Of a DNA stretch of 64,000 nt, positions 41,339 to 52,608 are shown piece by piece. The stretch covers positions 224,001 through 288,000 of the forward strand of contig CAVZDU010000007.1 of NCBI GenBank assembly GCA_963774265.1, written 5' to 3'. The number at the start of each line of letters is the position of its first letter. The stretch's first letter is position 1. The position numbers and the translations under genes are program-made. The notes under the pieces are model-generated. The model worked only from the letters and a program-made list of their open reading frames with translations, searched no databases and had not been told where the DNA came from. The DNA comes from an uncultured Chloroflexia bacterium. GTDB lineage: Bacteria > Chloroflexota > Anaerolineae > CG2-30-64-16.

Positions 41339-43990
41339 ATGCCCGTCTACTACGCTCGCTACGAACTCGAGAACAGCTACATTCACAACTGGGTGGTCGC
41401 GGGTCCGCAGGCCATTCCCCCTGACCTGGGGCGCTACCAGGGAAAAGATTGGAAGGTGCAGATTGCCCGGCACTACTATGAGGCAGAATCAGGGGTGACC
41501 GAAGCGCCGGTGCAGGATGAGGAGGTCGACCGCAAGGAGGGCGACCGCAAGGGTCGCCCCTACGGGGCCGGTGGGCAGGACGCGCCAATGAAGTGGCGGT
41601 ACGTTCGCTGCGATGACGACCACTTCGTGGACTGCACGGCCTTCTATCACATCTGCCACTATTTGCGGGCCTGGGCGTACAGCCGGGTGGTGAGCCCCGC
41701 GGCGGCTGACGTGACCTGCGTCCTGACGACCAACGGCCCGGCCGACGTCTGGCTCAATGGTCACCATGTTCATCGCCAGGAACACTTCCATCATCAAATC
41801 CCGCACAGCGTTCCGTTCCAGGTCAAGCTGGCAGAAGGTCCCAACGATTTACTGGTGCGCTTTGAAGAGGTGGCTGCGCGCGAGTGCCCGTATGTGATGG
41901 CGTTACGCGTCGTCGACCCGATGCCGGGAACCTTCGTGCTCATACCGACGACACACGGGGACGTGGCTCGCCGCCAGGTCGTCGAAGAAGCGATCGAGGC
42001 AGCCTATTTGGACCGCGACGTGTACGTGTGGGACGACGAAATCGCTGTCTATTGGCCCGGCGAACCGGATGTGCAGCCGGTAGAACTGACCTTGCGCCTC
42101 CAGCAGCCGACGGGTTGGATCTACTCAGAGGGGCGTCCAAACGTTTCAGCCGGGCACCGGAGGCCCCTGGGCCAGCCGCTCCAGGTGCCGGAAGGCCCAT
42201 TTGAGGTTTTTCTGATTCCCTCGCTTCGGGAGTACTACGAGGGCAATCTGCGCCTGGAACGCAGGATCCCCTTGACTGCGCTGCGCAACCGGTACTCGCA
42301 GGCGCCATACGGCACCCTGGACGAACGCCGCGCTGAGGCGCTGATGGATGCGGCACGGCGCGAGAGCAACGTTTTCTCCGAAATCGCCAAGATGGCGCTG
42401 GGCTATTGGGCCGATGTGAAGCCCGGCGTCATTCTGCAGACCATCGAAGGGATCAACCAGCGCAAGGATTGCAGCGACTTCTACCTGGTTGGCTTGCTGG
42501 GTATGGTGATCCGATATGGCGACCATCCTTCCTTTCCGGAATCGCTCAGGGAGCCGCTGGAAGCGTGCGTGCTCAATTTCAAGTATTGGGCAGATGAGCC
42601 AGGCACGGACTCCATGTGGTTCTGGTCGGAGAACCACCAGATTCTGTTTCATGTGTGCGAGATCATGGCCGGCCAACTGTACCCCGACCGCGTTTTCACG
42701 AATGTGGGGCAGACCGGCCGTTGGCACCGGGAAAAGGGCGAACGGCTGGCGCTCTCCTGGCTGCTCAAGCGCGGCGCGGGCGGGTTCAGCGAGTGGGACT
42801 CGAACTGCTACTTTGAAGAGGATTTACTGGCGCTTTCGCACCTGGCTGATCTGGCAGACAGTCAGGCCGTGTATGACCTTTCCACCGTCATCATGGACAA
42901 GATGTTTCTGACGATGGCGCTCAATTCGTACAAGGGGACGTTCGGTTCGACGCATGGACGCACATACACTCCGCACATCAAGGGCGGCCGCGGGGAAGCC
43001 ACCGCAGGCGTCAGCCGCTTGATGTGGGGGATGGGCGTTTTTAACGACAAGATTATGGCCACGGTCAGCCTGGCGTGCATGGAGAACTACGGATTTCCAA
43101 AAATCATCGGGGACATCGCGGCCGACCTTCCGGAGGAGATGTGGAACCGCGAGCGCCATGCGGGCAAGCTGGAAGCGTGGTGCGACAAGACGGACGGCGA
43201 CTGGGAAGTGAACAAAGTGACTTACAAGACGCCGGACACCATGCTCTGCTTCGGCGCAAGACTATCATCCCGGCGAGAGGGGCGTCCAGCAGCATATCTG
43301 GCAGGCCACTCTCGGGCCGGATGCCGTCGTCTTTGTCACGCATCCTCCCTGTCTGAGCGAGGAAAACTCGCATCGTCCCGGCTTTTGGCACGGGAACGTG
43401 GTCCTGCCGCGCGTCGCGCAATGGAAAGATGTGCTCATCGCCATCCACCAGTTGCCGGAAGATGACTGGCTGGGCTTCACCCACGCCTATTTCCCTATCT
43501 GGGCCTTTGACAGCGCCGGTTGCGCAAAGCCGAAACAGGTCGTCAATGGGCTTTTGCAGCCAAGGGCGACGGCTACCTCGCGCTCACCGCAGCGCGCGGA
43601 TTGGAGTTGGTCACGCGAGGCAATAACGCCTATCGCGAGCTGCGCTCCTATGGGCAGCGCAACGTTTGGGTATGCCATATGGGTCGCGCCAGCCTCGATG
43701 GCGATTTCAGCGCATTTCAGGAGAAGATACTCAGCCTCGATATGGATTTTGGCGAGCTTTCGGTGCGGTGCACCACTTTGCGCGGGGATACGTTGGCCTT
43801 TGGCTGGGAAGGCGCGTTCATGCGCAACGGTGGAGCCCAGCCGCTCAGCGGCTTCAAGCACTATGACAATCCGTACTGCGTCGACCTTCGATCGAGCGAG
43901 CCTGGCCCGCCGGACTGGCCCGCATCGGGGTTGGAGGTTCGCTACGGGGATACGGCAATGCGGTTGGACTTCACGGCCGGGGATGGGTGA
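41339..43990 (+). CDS. Large uncharacterised protein (N-terminal beta-sandwich, helical toroid, heparinase II/III-like C-terminus), frameshifts near 43250 and 43520
   Basis: GAGG RBS; WVVAGP, GPADVWLNG; MWFWSENHQILF, SEWDSNCY, GSTHGRTY, WHGN.VLPR. Confidence 0.7.
41539..41563 (-). repeat. GTAG-type REP palindrome inside a coding sequence
   Basis: Minus strand GTAG-GGGCGACC-CTTGC-GGTCGCCC. Confidence 0.75.
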
Positions 43991-44026
43991 GCCCGTGTGG
44001 GCGACCCACCTTACGGCGATTGAAAG

Positions 44027-45836
44027 ATGCCGATGAAAGTCATGTTGGTCTTCCCGCCACAGTGGACGCCGGCGATGCCGCACCTGGCATTGCCGGTCCT
44101 CACATCGGCGCTCCGCGGCCAGGGTGTGGAGGTCATCCAGCGCGATCTGAACCTCGAAACCTATGAGACGGTCTTGACCCGCGCGTATCTCGAGCAGGCT
44201 CTTGAGCGTCTCAAGGCGCTTAATGGGGGCGCAAGCCGTTCGCACGGGCAGGGGCGAGAGCAATCGATCTCCGAGCGACTGCGGTGGGCATGGGAGGAGG
44301 GTCCAGCGCTGGCCGCGCAGGTCGAAGGGGCTGTGGCGGTCTTCCGCAGTCCGGCGTATTACGATGGGGAGAGGAGCCTGGAGGCGTTTCTGGTTATCGC
44401 AGGGGCGCTGGAACTGGCTTCGCTGCCCTACCTTCCCCGCGCGTCTCGATCTCCTGAGCTACGAGCCAGCTTCGCCGGTGGATGGCAGCCGGCAGCTATT
44501 GCAGGTGGCGCGCGACCCAGGGCGCAACATGTTCCTGGACATCTTCAGCGGCATTCTGCCGGACATTGTCCGCGAGCAACCTGCTATCGTCGGCATCTCG
44601 ATTCCCACCCGGGCCCAGATGTTGGCGGCGGCGACGCTCGCGTATCTGATCAAGCAGTCGGGCCTGGATTGCCACATCACCGTGGGCGGACCGCACATCA
44701 CCATGTTGCGCGAGCAGCTTCCGCGGGTGCCCGCCCTATTCGATCTGTTCGACAGTGCGGTGCTGTTTGAGGGCGAGGAGCCGCTGCTGCGGCTGGCCGA
44801 ATCGCTGGACGGGCACGGAGATATGGCCCAGGTGCCAAATCTGGTTTGGCGGGATGGGGGACAGGTGCGCGTGAATAGCGGAGGGTCCGGCCCGCGGTTG
44901 AAACCGTGGTCTGATACAGTGGCAAAACCCGCTGAAGCGGGTTCTGCGGATGGAGAATTCCGTCTTCCCGACTTCGACGGCCTGCCGCTGGACCGGTACC
45001 TGGCGCCCGAACTGGTGTTGCCGCTCATCACATCGCACGGCTGTTATCACGGCCGTTGCGCCTTCTGCAATGTGGGATACGGGACGGGCCGTGGATTCCA
45101 TGCCCTGCCGGCTGAGCAGGTCCTCGAGCAGATCAACGCCCTGCGCACGAAGTACGGCGTGCGTCACATCTTCTTCGCCGACGAAGCCATCCCCCCAGCC
45201 ACGCTGCGCCTGCTTTCGGAGGGACTCGCAGCGCAAGGTGGGCCGGTCGCCTGGTGCGGATGCGCGCGGTTCGACCGCGCGCTCTCGGAGCCGTTGCTGA
45301 CGCGCATGGCTGCCGGCGGCTGCCGGATGCTGCTCTTCGGCTTGGAGACGGCTTCGGAGCGCATGATCCGGCACATGATCAAGGGTACTCAGGCTCAGAC
45401 TATGAGCCAAATCTTGCGCGCAGGCGCCCGGGCCGGTATCTGGAATCACACATTCTTCTTCTTTGGCTTTCCCACGGAGACCATGCAAGACGCGCAAGAG
45501 ACGGTGAACTTCCTCTACGCTCATCAAGACGCACTGCACTCAGCATCGCCCGGCGTGTTTGTCCTCGAGCGCTATTCGCCGGTTCATTCCGACCCCGCGA
45601 GGTTCGGCGTCAAGCGCGTGGTGGACTCGCCCGATCAGGACCTGGCGATCTATTTCGATTACGAGCTTGAGACAGGATTGGACGAAGACATGGCGCGCAC
45701 CGTCGTCGACCGACTGTTGGATGTCCTGCCTGCCAAACGGTACGGGCAGTACTATCTCCATGACGTGAATCGCTTTCTGTACGCCAGTCACCTGCATGCT
45801 GAAGGCAGGCCTTTTCCAATCTGGCTGGGCGATTGA
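44027..45836 (+). CDS. Cobalamin-binding radical SAM protein, frameshift near 44430
   Basis: VFPP...PHLALPVL, VGISI, TVGGPH, FEGEEPL, GCYHGRCAFC, FFADE, FGLET, FFGFPTET. Confidence 0.88.
44892..44943. repeat. Double-hairpin REP-like element inside the radical SAM gene
   Basis: CCGCGGTT-GA-AACCGTGG and AACCCGCT-GA-AGCGGGTT, 16 nt apart. Confidence 0.7.
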
Positions 45837-45860
45837 TTGAAGACTGAAGATTGAAGATTG
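45835..45860 (+). repeat. Heptamer tandem repeat (GATTGAA) x3.7
   Basis: GATTGAA GACTGAA GATTGAA GATTG fills the intergenic gap. Confidence 0.8.
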
Positions 45861-45865
45861 TCGAC

Positions 45866-47890
45866 ATGAGCGGCGAAGACGGATACGAGCTATGGTTGCG
45901 TTACCGCCGGGTAGATGACCCGGAACTGCTGGAGCAATACCGCTCCGCGGTGGGCCGCGCGACAGTGCTCGGGTCAGGCGTGACATCCGCGATCATACGG
46001 AGCGAATTGGCGCTGGCGCTGCCTGGCCTACTGGGCAACCCCGTGCCCATCCCCAGAGAACCGGCCGGCAATGTCCTGGTCGTGGGTACGGCTGATGAGC
46101 TTGCGGCCGAGGGCGTCCCGCTATCGGACGCGGAGCGCGATCGCCTGGGCGAGGAAGGGTTTCTGATCCGTTCGCATCAGGCCGGGAGCAACCGCAGGAC
46201 TCTCATCACCGGGAACTCCGGGCCGGCTGTGTTGACGGGCGTCTTTCATTTTCTGCGGCTGCTCCAGAAACGTCAGGACATTCACGCCCTCGACCTCTTC
46301 AGTCGTCCCCGGATTCGGAGGCGCATCCTCACTCACTGGGACAATCTCGACGGCACTATCGAGCGCGGCTACGCCGGGCGGTCGCTGTGGAACTGGGATG
46401 AGTTGCCGGCGAAGCTTGACCCGCGGTACCACGACTATGCCCGCGCGTGTGCCTCCATCGGCATCAACGGCACATGCCTGACCAACGTCAACGCCGACGC
46501 CAGGAGTCTGACAGCTGAGTACCTGGAGAAAACCGCTGCATTGGCCGATGTGTTCCGGCCCTACGGTATCCGTATCTATCTGTCACCGGATTTCGCCGCG
46601 CCGATCCGGCTCGGTGATTTGGACACGAGCGACCCGCGCGACGCGTCCGTGGCCGCATGGTGGCAGCGCAAGGTAGACGAGATCTACCGCTTGATCCCGG
46701 ATTTCGGCGGCTTCCAGGTCAAGGCGAATTCGGAAGGGCAGTCGGGTCCGCAGGACTACGGCGCAAACCATGACGATGGCGCCAACATGCTCGCCGATGC
46801 TCTGGCGCCGCACGGTGGCATCGTGCTTTGGCGCGCCTTTGTCTACGACGCGGCCATCGACGCGGACAGGGCCAAATGTGCGTACAAGGAATTCGTGCCG
46901 CTGGATGGCAAGTTCCGGTCGAACGTCCTCGTGCAGGCGAAGAACGGCCCGATTGATTTTCAGCCGCGAGAGCCGTTCCACCCGCTCTTCGGCGCCATGA
47001 GGCAGACACCCCTGGCGCTGGAGCTGCAGATCACGCAGGAATACCTTGGCCAGTCGGTTCACCTGGTTTACCTTGGCGGCATGTGGAAGGAGGTCCTGGA
47101 CTCGGACACCTACGCCGAGGGGCCCGGCTCTACGGTCGCCCAGGTCGTAGATGGTTCGCTGTACGATCACCCTGACTCGTGTATCATCGGTGTCGCCAAC
47201 ACCGGCTCGGATCGCAACTGGTGCGGCCATCACTTCGCACAGGCCAACTGGTACGCCTTCGGCCGCCTGGCTTGGGATCCTGGGCTGAGCGCCGAGGCGA
47301 TTGCCGACGAGTGGATCCGCATGACCTGGTCGAACGACCAGCCCGTGGTGGACGCGATCAAGACGATGATGCTCGGCTCCTGGGAGGCCTGCATCAACAC
47401 TATGACCCCGCTGGGCCTGCATCACCTGATGCAGGAGGGCCATCACTACGGGCCCGACCCGGCCTTCAACGGCGCCAAGCGCGTGGACTGGAACAACGTG
47501 TATTTCCATCGGGCGGATAAGAGTGGGCTGGGCTTTGACCGCAGCAGCCGCGGCAGCAATGCGGTGGGCCAGTATCACAGTCCCCTGCGGGAGCGCTTCG
47601 ATGACATGGATACCTGCCCGGAGGAACTTTTGCTGTGGTTCCATCACGTGCCCTGGGATCATCGACTCCGATCCGGCCAGACGCTCTGGCAGGAGCTGCA
47701 GCATCGCTACGATGCTGGCGTTGCCTCTGTCGAGAGGATGCGCGACATCTGGCAGGAGCTGGAGGGTCGAGTTGATCCCCAGCGCCACGAGCACGTCAGC
47801 CGGCGGCTGGAACAGCAGCTGGACAACGCTCGCTTGTGGCGCAAGACCTGCATTGACTACTTTGGCCAGTTTGTGGGAGGAGTACGATGA
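45866..47890 (+). CDS. aguA: GH67 alpha-glucuronidase (no signal peptide)
   Basis: EDGYELWLRY, HWDNLDGTIERGYAG, VKANSEGQ.GP, WRAFVY, KNGPIDFQPREP, LQITQEYLGQ, LWFHHVPW. Confidence 0.95.
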   Translation: MSGEDGYELWLRYRRVDDPELLEQYRSAVGRATVLGSGVTSAIIRSELALALPGLLGNPVPIPREPAGNVLVVGTADELAAEGVPLSDAERDRLGEEGFLIRSHQAGSNRRTLITGNSGPAVLTGVFHFLRLLQKRQDIHALDLFSRPRIRRRILTHWDNLDGTIERGYAGRSLWNWDELPAKLDPRYHDYARACASIGINGTCLTNVNADARSLTAEYLEKTAALADVFRPYGIRIYLSPDFAAPIRLGDLDTSDPRDASVAAWWQRKVDEIYRLIPDFGGFQVKANSEGQSGPQDYGANHDDGANMLADALAPHGGIVLWRAFVYDAAIDADRAKCAYKEFVPLDGKFRSNVLVQAKNGPIDFQPREPFHPLFGAMRQTPLALELQITQEYLGQSVHLVYLGGMWKEVLDSDTYAEGPGSTVAQVVDGSLYDHPDSCIIGVANTGSDRNWCGHHFAQANWYAFGRLAWDPGLSAEAIADEWIRMTWSNDQPVVDAIKTMMLGSWEACINTMTPLGLHHLMQEGHHYGPDPAFNGAKRVDWNNVYFHRADKSGLGFDRSSRGSNAVGQYHSPLRERFDDMDTCPEELLLWFHHVPWDHRLRSGQTLWQELQHRYDAGVASVERMRDIWQELEGRVDPQRHEHVSRRLEQQLDNARLWRKTCIDYFGQFVGGVR

Positions 47891-47941
47891 TCGTGCTGTC
47901 TACATATCCGAAGTCGGTCAGCTCGAATAAGGAACAGACAA

Positions 47942-49344
47942 ATGGGTAAGGCCATCAAGATCGGCATCATCGGTGCAGGCAGCGCCCAGTTCTCGCTGGG
48001 CCTTGTCAAGGACCTCTGCCTGACCGAGAGCCTGGCGCGGCAGCCACATCACCTTCATGGACATTGATGAGACCGGCTGGACATGATCTACAAGCTGGCG
48101 ACCAGGTATGCCAGCCAGCTGGGGGCGGACCTGACCTTCGACACCACGACGGACCGCCCGGCAGCGCTGCAGGACGCCGACTTCGTCGTCAACACCGCCT
48201 ACGTCCTCGGCCACGTCGTCGAGGCCAGGATGCGCGACCTGGCCGCCGAGAAGTACGGCTACTACCACTCCGGCGGAGCTTCGGCGCCTACCACCAGCTG
48301 CGCCTGATGCTGGACGTGGCCCACGACATGGAGCGCATCTGCCCGGATGCCTGGCTGATCCAGTCGGGCAACCCGGTCTTCGACGGCTGCACGCTGATGA
48401 CCCGCGAGACCGGCATCAAGGTGTGCGGGCTGTGCCACGGCCACTACGACTATGAGGAGATCGCCCGGACCATCGGCATCGACCCGGCGAAGGTGACCTG
48501 GCAGGCGCCGGGCGTGAACCACAACATCTGGCTGACCCACTTCATCTATGAGGGCAAGGACGCCTACCCGCTGATCGACGAGTGGATCGCGACCAAGGGC
48601 GAGGAGTACTGGCGCACGCACGTCGCCGAGCGCACGCACGACGCGCAGATGTCGCGCGGCGCCGTGCACCAGTATCACATGTACGGCCTGTTCCCCATCG
48701 GCGACACCGTGCGGCATCGCCGTGGTGGTGGTATCACACCGACCGAATCGCCACCAAGAAGCGCTGGTTCGGCGAGCCGTGGGGCGGGCCGGATACGCAC
48801 CTGGCGCGTCCCTTCTTCGTGTCGCAGCTGGAGGAGCGCATCGCGGAGATGACCGCTGGGCCGAAGATCCCAAGGCCGACCTGACCCAGCTCGTGGCACG
48901 CGAGAGACCCACGAGCAGCAGGTGCCCATCATGGACGGGCTGATCAACAACAACGAGGGCTACTTCCAGGTCAACGTGCCCAACCACGGCGCGCTGCCGG
49001 GCATCCCGGACGACGTCGTGGTCGAGGTGCCCGCGATCGTCAACCAGAAGGGCATCCAGCCGCTGCGCGTGGGCAGCCTGCCGCCCAAGATCATGCTCGA
49101 GTGCATCCTGCCCGACTGGCTGGACATGGAACGCGAGCTGCTGGCCTTCAAGACCGGCGACCGGTCCATGCAGTTGTTCGAGATGCTGAGCAACCACCAG
49201 ACGCGCGACCTACGATGCGGCCGTGGCCCTGCTGGACGAGCTGATCCACCTGCCCGAGGTCGACAGAGGTCGAAGCCTGGGAGCAGATGGAGCGGATTCA
49301 GGACGCCTACACGTACGCCACGCCAGTCTCAACTGGCCGCCAAT
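47942..49344 (+). CDS. GH4 alpha-glucosidase/alpha-glucuronidase (Thermotoga AglA/Agu4B-like), many frameshifts; 3' end approximate
   Basis: KIGIIGAGSAQFS, WLIQSGNPVFDG, GLCHGH, GVNHNIWL, PIGDT, HEQQVP, DDVVVEVPA. Confidence 0.85.
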
Positions 49345-49876
49345 ATGAGACTGGCCGCGCTGCTGTTCGACCTGGGGGATACCATCATGGTCGAGGAGAC
49401 GGAGGTCAAGGACACCGAGGGCACGACGCTGAGGGCTGAGCTGGCGCCGGGCATGGCGGAGGTGCTGCGGGATTTCAAGGCCATGGGTCACCGGCTGGCG
49501 CTCGTGGCCGACAGCCGGCCGCATACGCCCGAGAACGTGCTGCGCCAACACGGGCTCTTTGAGTCTGTTCGAAACGTTGGCCATCTCGGAGGTTGTTGGC
49601 GCCAGCAAGCCCGATCCGAGACTCTTCCGCGCCGCACTGGATGCGCTGGCCATCCCGGAGAGGGACTACGGCCGCGTGGTCATGGTGGGCAACAATCTGG
49701 AGCGGGACATCGCCGGGGCCAACCGGCTCGGCCTGATCTCGATTTTCTTTCACCTGAACGACCGGCGGCGGACGAATCCGGTTGCGACCGATGAGGTCCC
49801 TTGCTACACGGTTGCTACGGCCGCGGAGCTGAGCGACCTTATCGCCTATCTGGACAGTCGAGGAGATATCCCATGA
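49345..49876 (+). CDS. HAD-superfamily hydrolase, frameshift near 49560
   Basis: LLFDLGDTI motif I, SKPDPRLF, MVGNNLERDIAGAN. Confidence 0.85.
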
Positions 49877-51030
49877 CAGTCGGACAAACCTGGCCTGCTG
49901 AGTGGCGGCAGTTCAGCGATCCCGTCACCGGCGCTAAGATTACGCAGCTGACCGACTACAAGTGCCACAGCCACCATCTGTACTTTACAAACCCCGGCTG
50001 GTACGCGGGCGGCCGGAAGCTGCTGATTGGCTCGGATCGGGGCAACCGCACGAATCTGTATGGGGTGGATCTGCTGGACGGCAGCCTGACGCAACTCACC
50101 GACCTGCCGGAGTTGACCGGCAAGCGGACCCTGCACAATACCAGCAAGAACCCGGTGCGAGAGGAAGCCTATCTGTGGGTCAACCGCGTTCTGATGGCGC
50201 TGGACCTGGAAACGCTAGAAATGCGCGCGCTGTACCGTGCGCCGGACGGCTTCACCACTTCGATGACCAACGCAACCGCGGACGGGCGTTACGTGATGAC
50301 CGCGCTGGTTGAGGACTTGTCGCATCGCTTCCGGGTCAACATGGATCACGGCTACATCGGCTTCCACGAATACTGGGAAGCGCACCCGCTTTCACGCGTG
50401 ATCCGCGTCTCGATCGAAACAGGAGAAATGAACGTGGTCTGGAAGGAGCGGTCGTGGATCGGCCACATCAACACGTCGCCTACGCAGCCTCATCTGCTGA
50501 CTTTCTGCCACGAAGGGCCGTGGGGCCTGGTGGACAACCGTATCTGGGGATTGGATCTGGGTACGGGCCGGGCGTGGAAGATCCGTCCCACCGCGGCGGA
50601 CGAACAGGTTGGCCACGAATACTGGTTCACGGACGGCCTCCATATCGGATATCACGGCCGCCGCGGCGGGCAGACGATCTATGGCAGCATCCGCTACGAC
50701 AACACGGAGCAGGTGGAGGCGCCGTTCCCGGTCAAGCGCTCGTGGCACTTCAGCTCCCTTGCGCTGGATCTGATCGTGGGCGACGGTGACGTCGAGGAAC
50801 CTTATCTGCTGCTCTGGCGCTTCAGCGCGGGCGCCTTCGAGGGGCCGCGCATCCTGGCTTACCACCGCGGCTCGTTCCATGTGCAAATCGTGCACGTGCA
50901 TCCGGCTTTCAGCCCTGATGGCAAGCAGGTGCTGTATACCTGTGATCCGGATGGATACGGCCAGGTGTACCTGGTCGATGTGCCTGATTTCGAGTCTCTG
51001 GGAATCGAGGGAGTCTCGAAGGAGGGTTAG
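49873..51030 (+). CDS. ogl: Oligogalacturonate lyase family (PL22) beta-propeller protein
   Basis: AGGAG RBS; DPVTGAKITQLT, HHLYF, WIGH, FCHEGPW, RIW, GHEYW, HVHPAFSPDG. Confidence 0.85.
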   Translation: MTVGQTWPAEWRQFSDPVTGAKITQLTDYKCHSHHLYFTNPGWYAGGRKLLIGSDRGNRTNLYGVDLLDGSLTQLTDLPELTGKRTLHNTSKNPVREEAYLWVNRVLMALDLETLEMRALYRAPDGFTTSMTNATADGRYVMTALVEDLSHRFRVNMDHGYIGFHEYWEAHPLSRVIRVSIETGEMNVVWKERSWIGHINTSPTQPHLLTFCHEGPWGLVDNRIWGLDLGTGRAWKIRPTAADEQVGHEYWFTDGLHIGYHGRRGGQTIYGSIRYDNTEQVEAPFPVKRSWHFSSLALDLIVGDGDVEEPYLLLWRFSAGAFEGPRILAYHRGSFHVQIVHVHPAFSPDGKQVLYTCDPDGYGQVYLVDVPDFESLGIEGVSKEG

Positions 51031-51032
51031 CG

Positions 51033-52581
51033 ATGGCAGTGCGTCTCGTGGATTTGGCGCCTGCGGCACAGGACCTGCTGGAGCGTTCGGTCGCGTGGAT
51101 GGATCGCTATTGGGATACGGAGCGCGGACTTCTCTGGGACATGGGTGAGGTCGCTGATCCGGACGGGAGCGCCCATTGCCCCTCCCACATCGTGCGCGAG
51201 AGCGCGTGGTACGCCTTGGGCCTGCTGATGCGCGATCGCACCGGCGACGCCGACCGCGCGGTGCAAGCACTCGAGGCCATTTTGCCCCACCAATTCGATG
51301 AGCCTGGCAAGGTTTACCACGGCACCTTCTATCGCGCGCCGGAGGAGTCGCATCCTCCAGAGCCAGCCATCGAGTGGAAACACTATGATCCCAACTGGCG
51401 CGAGTTCATCATCACCGCGATCGCAGTGATCCTGAGCGAATACGAGGAGAGCCTGCCACGGCCGCTGATCGACAAGATTGACGCAGCCATCCGCAAAGCT
51501 GTCGAGGGAGCGCTCGCGCGGCACTTGACGGCCCGCTACACCAATATCGCCCTGATGGACGCGCAGATGCTGGTTTATGCTGGCGACCGCCTGGGGGAGC
51601 ACCCCTGGATCGAGGCTGGCGAGGCGATGGGGCGCGAGGTGCACCGTCTGTTCAAGCTGCACGATGCCTTCGAGGAGTACAACTCACCCACGTACTACGG
51701 GACAGACGTCTACGCGCTTGGGCTGTGGCAGGCCTACTGCCCTTCGCCGCAGTTGCAACAGATGGGCGCAGAGATGGAGGAGGTGCTCTGGCGGGATATT
51801 GCCCGGTTCTACCATGCCGGCTTGAGAAACGTGGCCGGCCCCTACGACAGAGTCCTACGGGATGGACATGCGCTGCTATGTGGCCCTTCTCGGCGAGTGG
51901 ATCTGGCTGGTCACCGGGCGGGAGAACGCGCCGTTTCCCGATGTGAACGGCAGTTTGGCACACGCGGCCGATTTCTGCTTTGGCCCGTTGGTTGCCGTGC
52001 TCGGGTCGCGGGTGCCTGCGGACGTCATCCCGCATTTCACAGCCTTTCAGGGCGAGCACTGCGTCGAGCACATCATTGGCGATTCCCCCCTCCGAACTGC
52101 CACAGCATGGCTGGACGAGTGGGTCATGATCGGCGCGGAATACACTTCCTTGCGAAATATTGGCCAAAGTCAATTTCATCCTGCGACGATCCATTGGCGT
52201 GCGGGCCTCGGGCGAAACGGCTGGGCACGGCTGATGGCCACGCAGCCGGTGAATGCCGTCGCCAGCCCTCATCGGCTGGTGGTCACCAGTTCAGGGCAAC
52301 TGGATTTTCTGATAGCTTACCCCGCAGTTCCTGGAATTGGGGCGCCTCAGAATGACGAGACGCTGCCGCTAATTCGGGCGGCCAGCCTGAAGCCCGATCA
52401 CTGGCAGCTGCCGGGATTGGAAGTTCGGGTCGAGGCCTCAGCGCCCGGCGTCGTCGAAGAGGTCGACGGCGAGAAGGTGCTGGTTCGATATACTCCCGCC
52501 AGGGAGCACCCCCATGGGGAGCATTCCGCAGGGAAAGACGGGCAGGCAGTGCGGATTGTGCTGGACCTGTCGATTAAGTGA
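51033..52581 (+). CDS. Uncharacterised helical-toroid protein, frameshift near 51850
   Basis: HIVRESAWYA, YDPNWREF, YTNIALM, FEEYNSPTYYG, AGPYDR.YG, QFHPAT. Confidence 0.7.
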
Positions 52582-52608
52582 GCGTTGTTCAAGAAGGGAT
52601 CGGACATC

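Noticed and set aside
44027-45836. Radical SAM as a RiPP maturase
   Set aside because: No precursor peptide, dedicated peptidase or exporter is adjacent, and the context is carbohydrate catabolism
48922-49794. Apparent GH4-HAD fusion ORF
   Set aside because: It arises from an indel near the GH4 3' end; the HAD has its own ATG at 49345 directly before motif I
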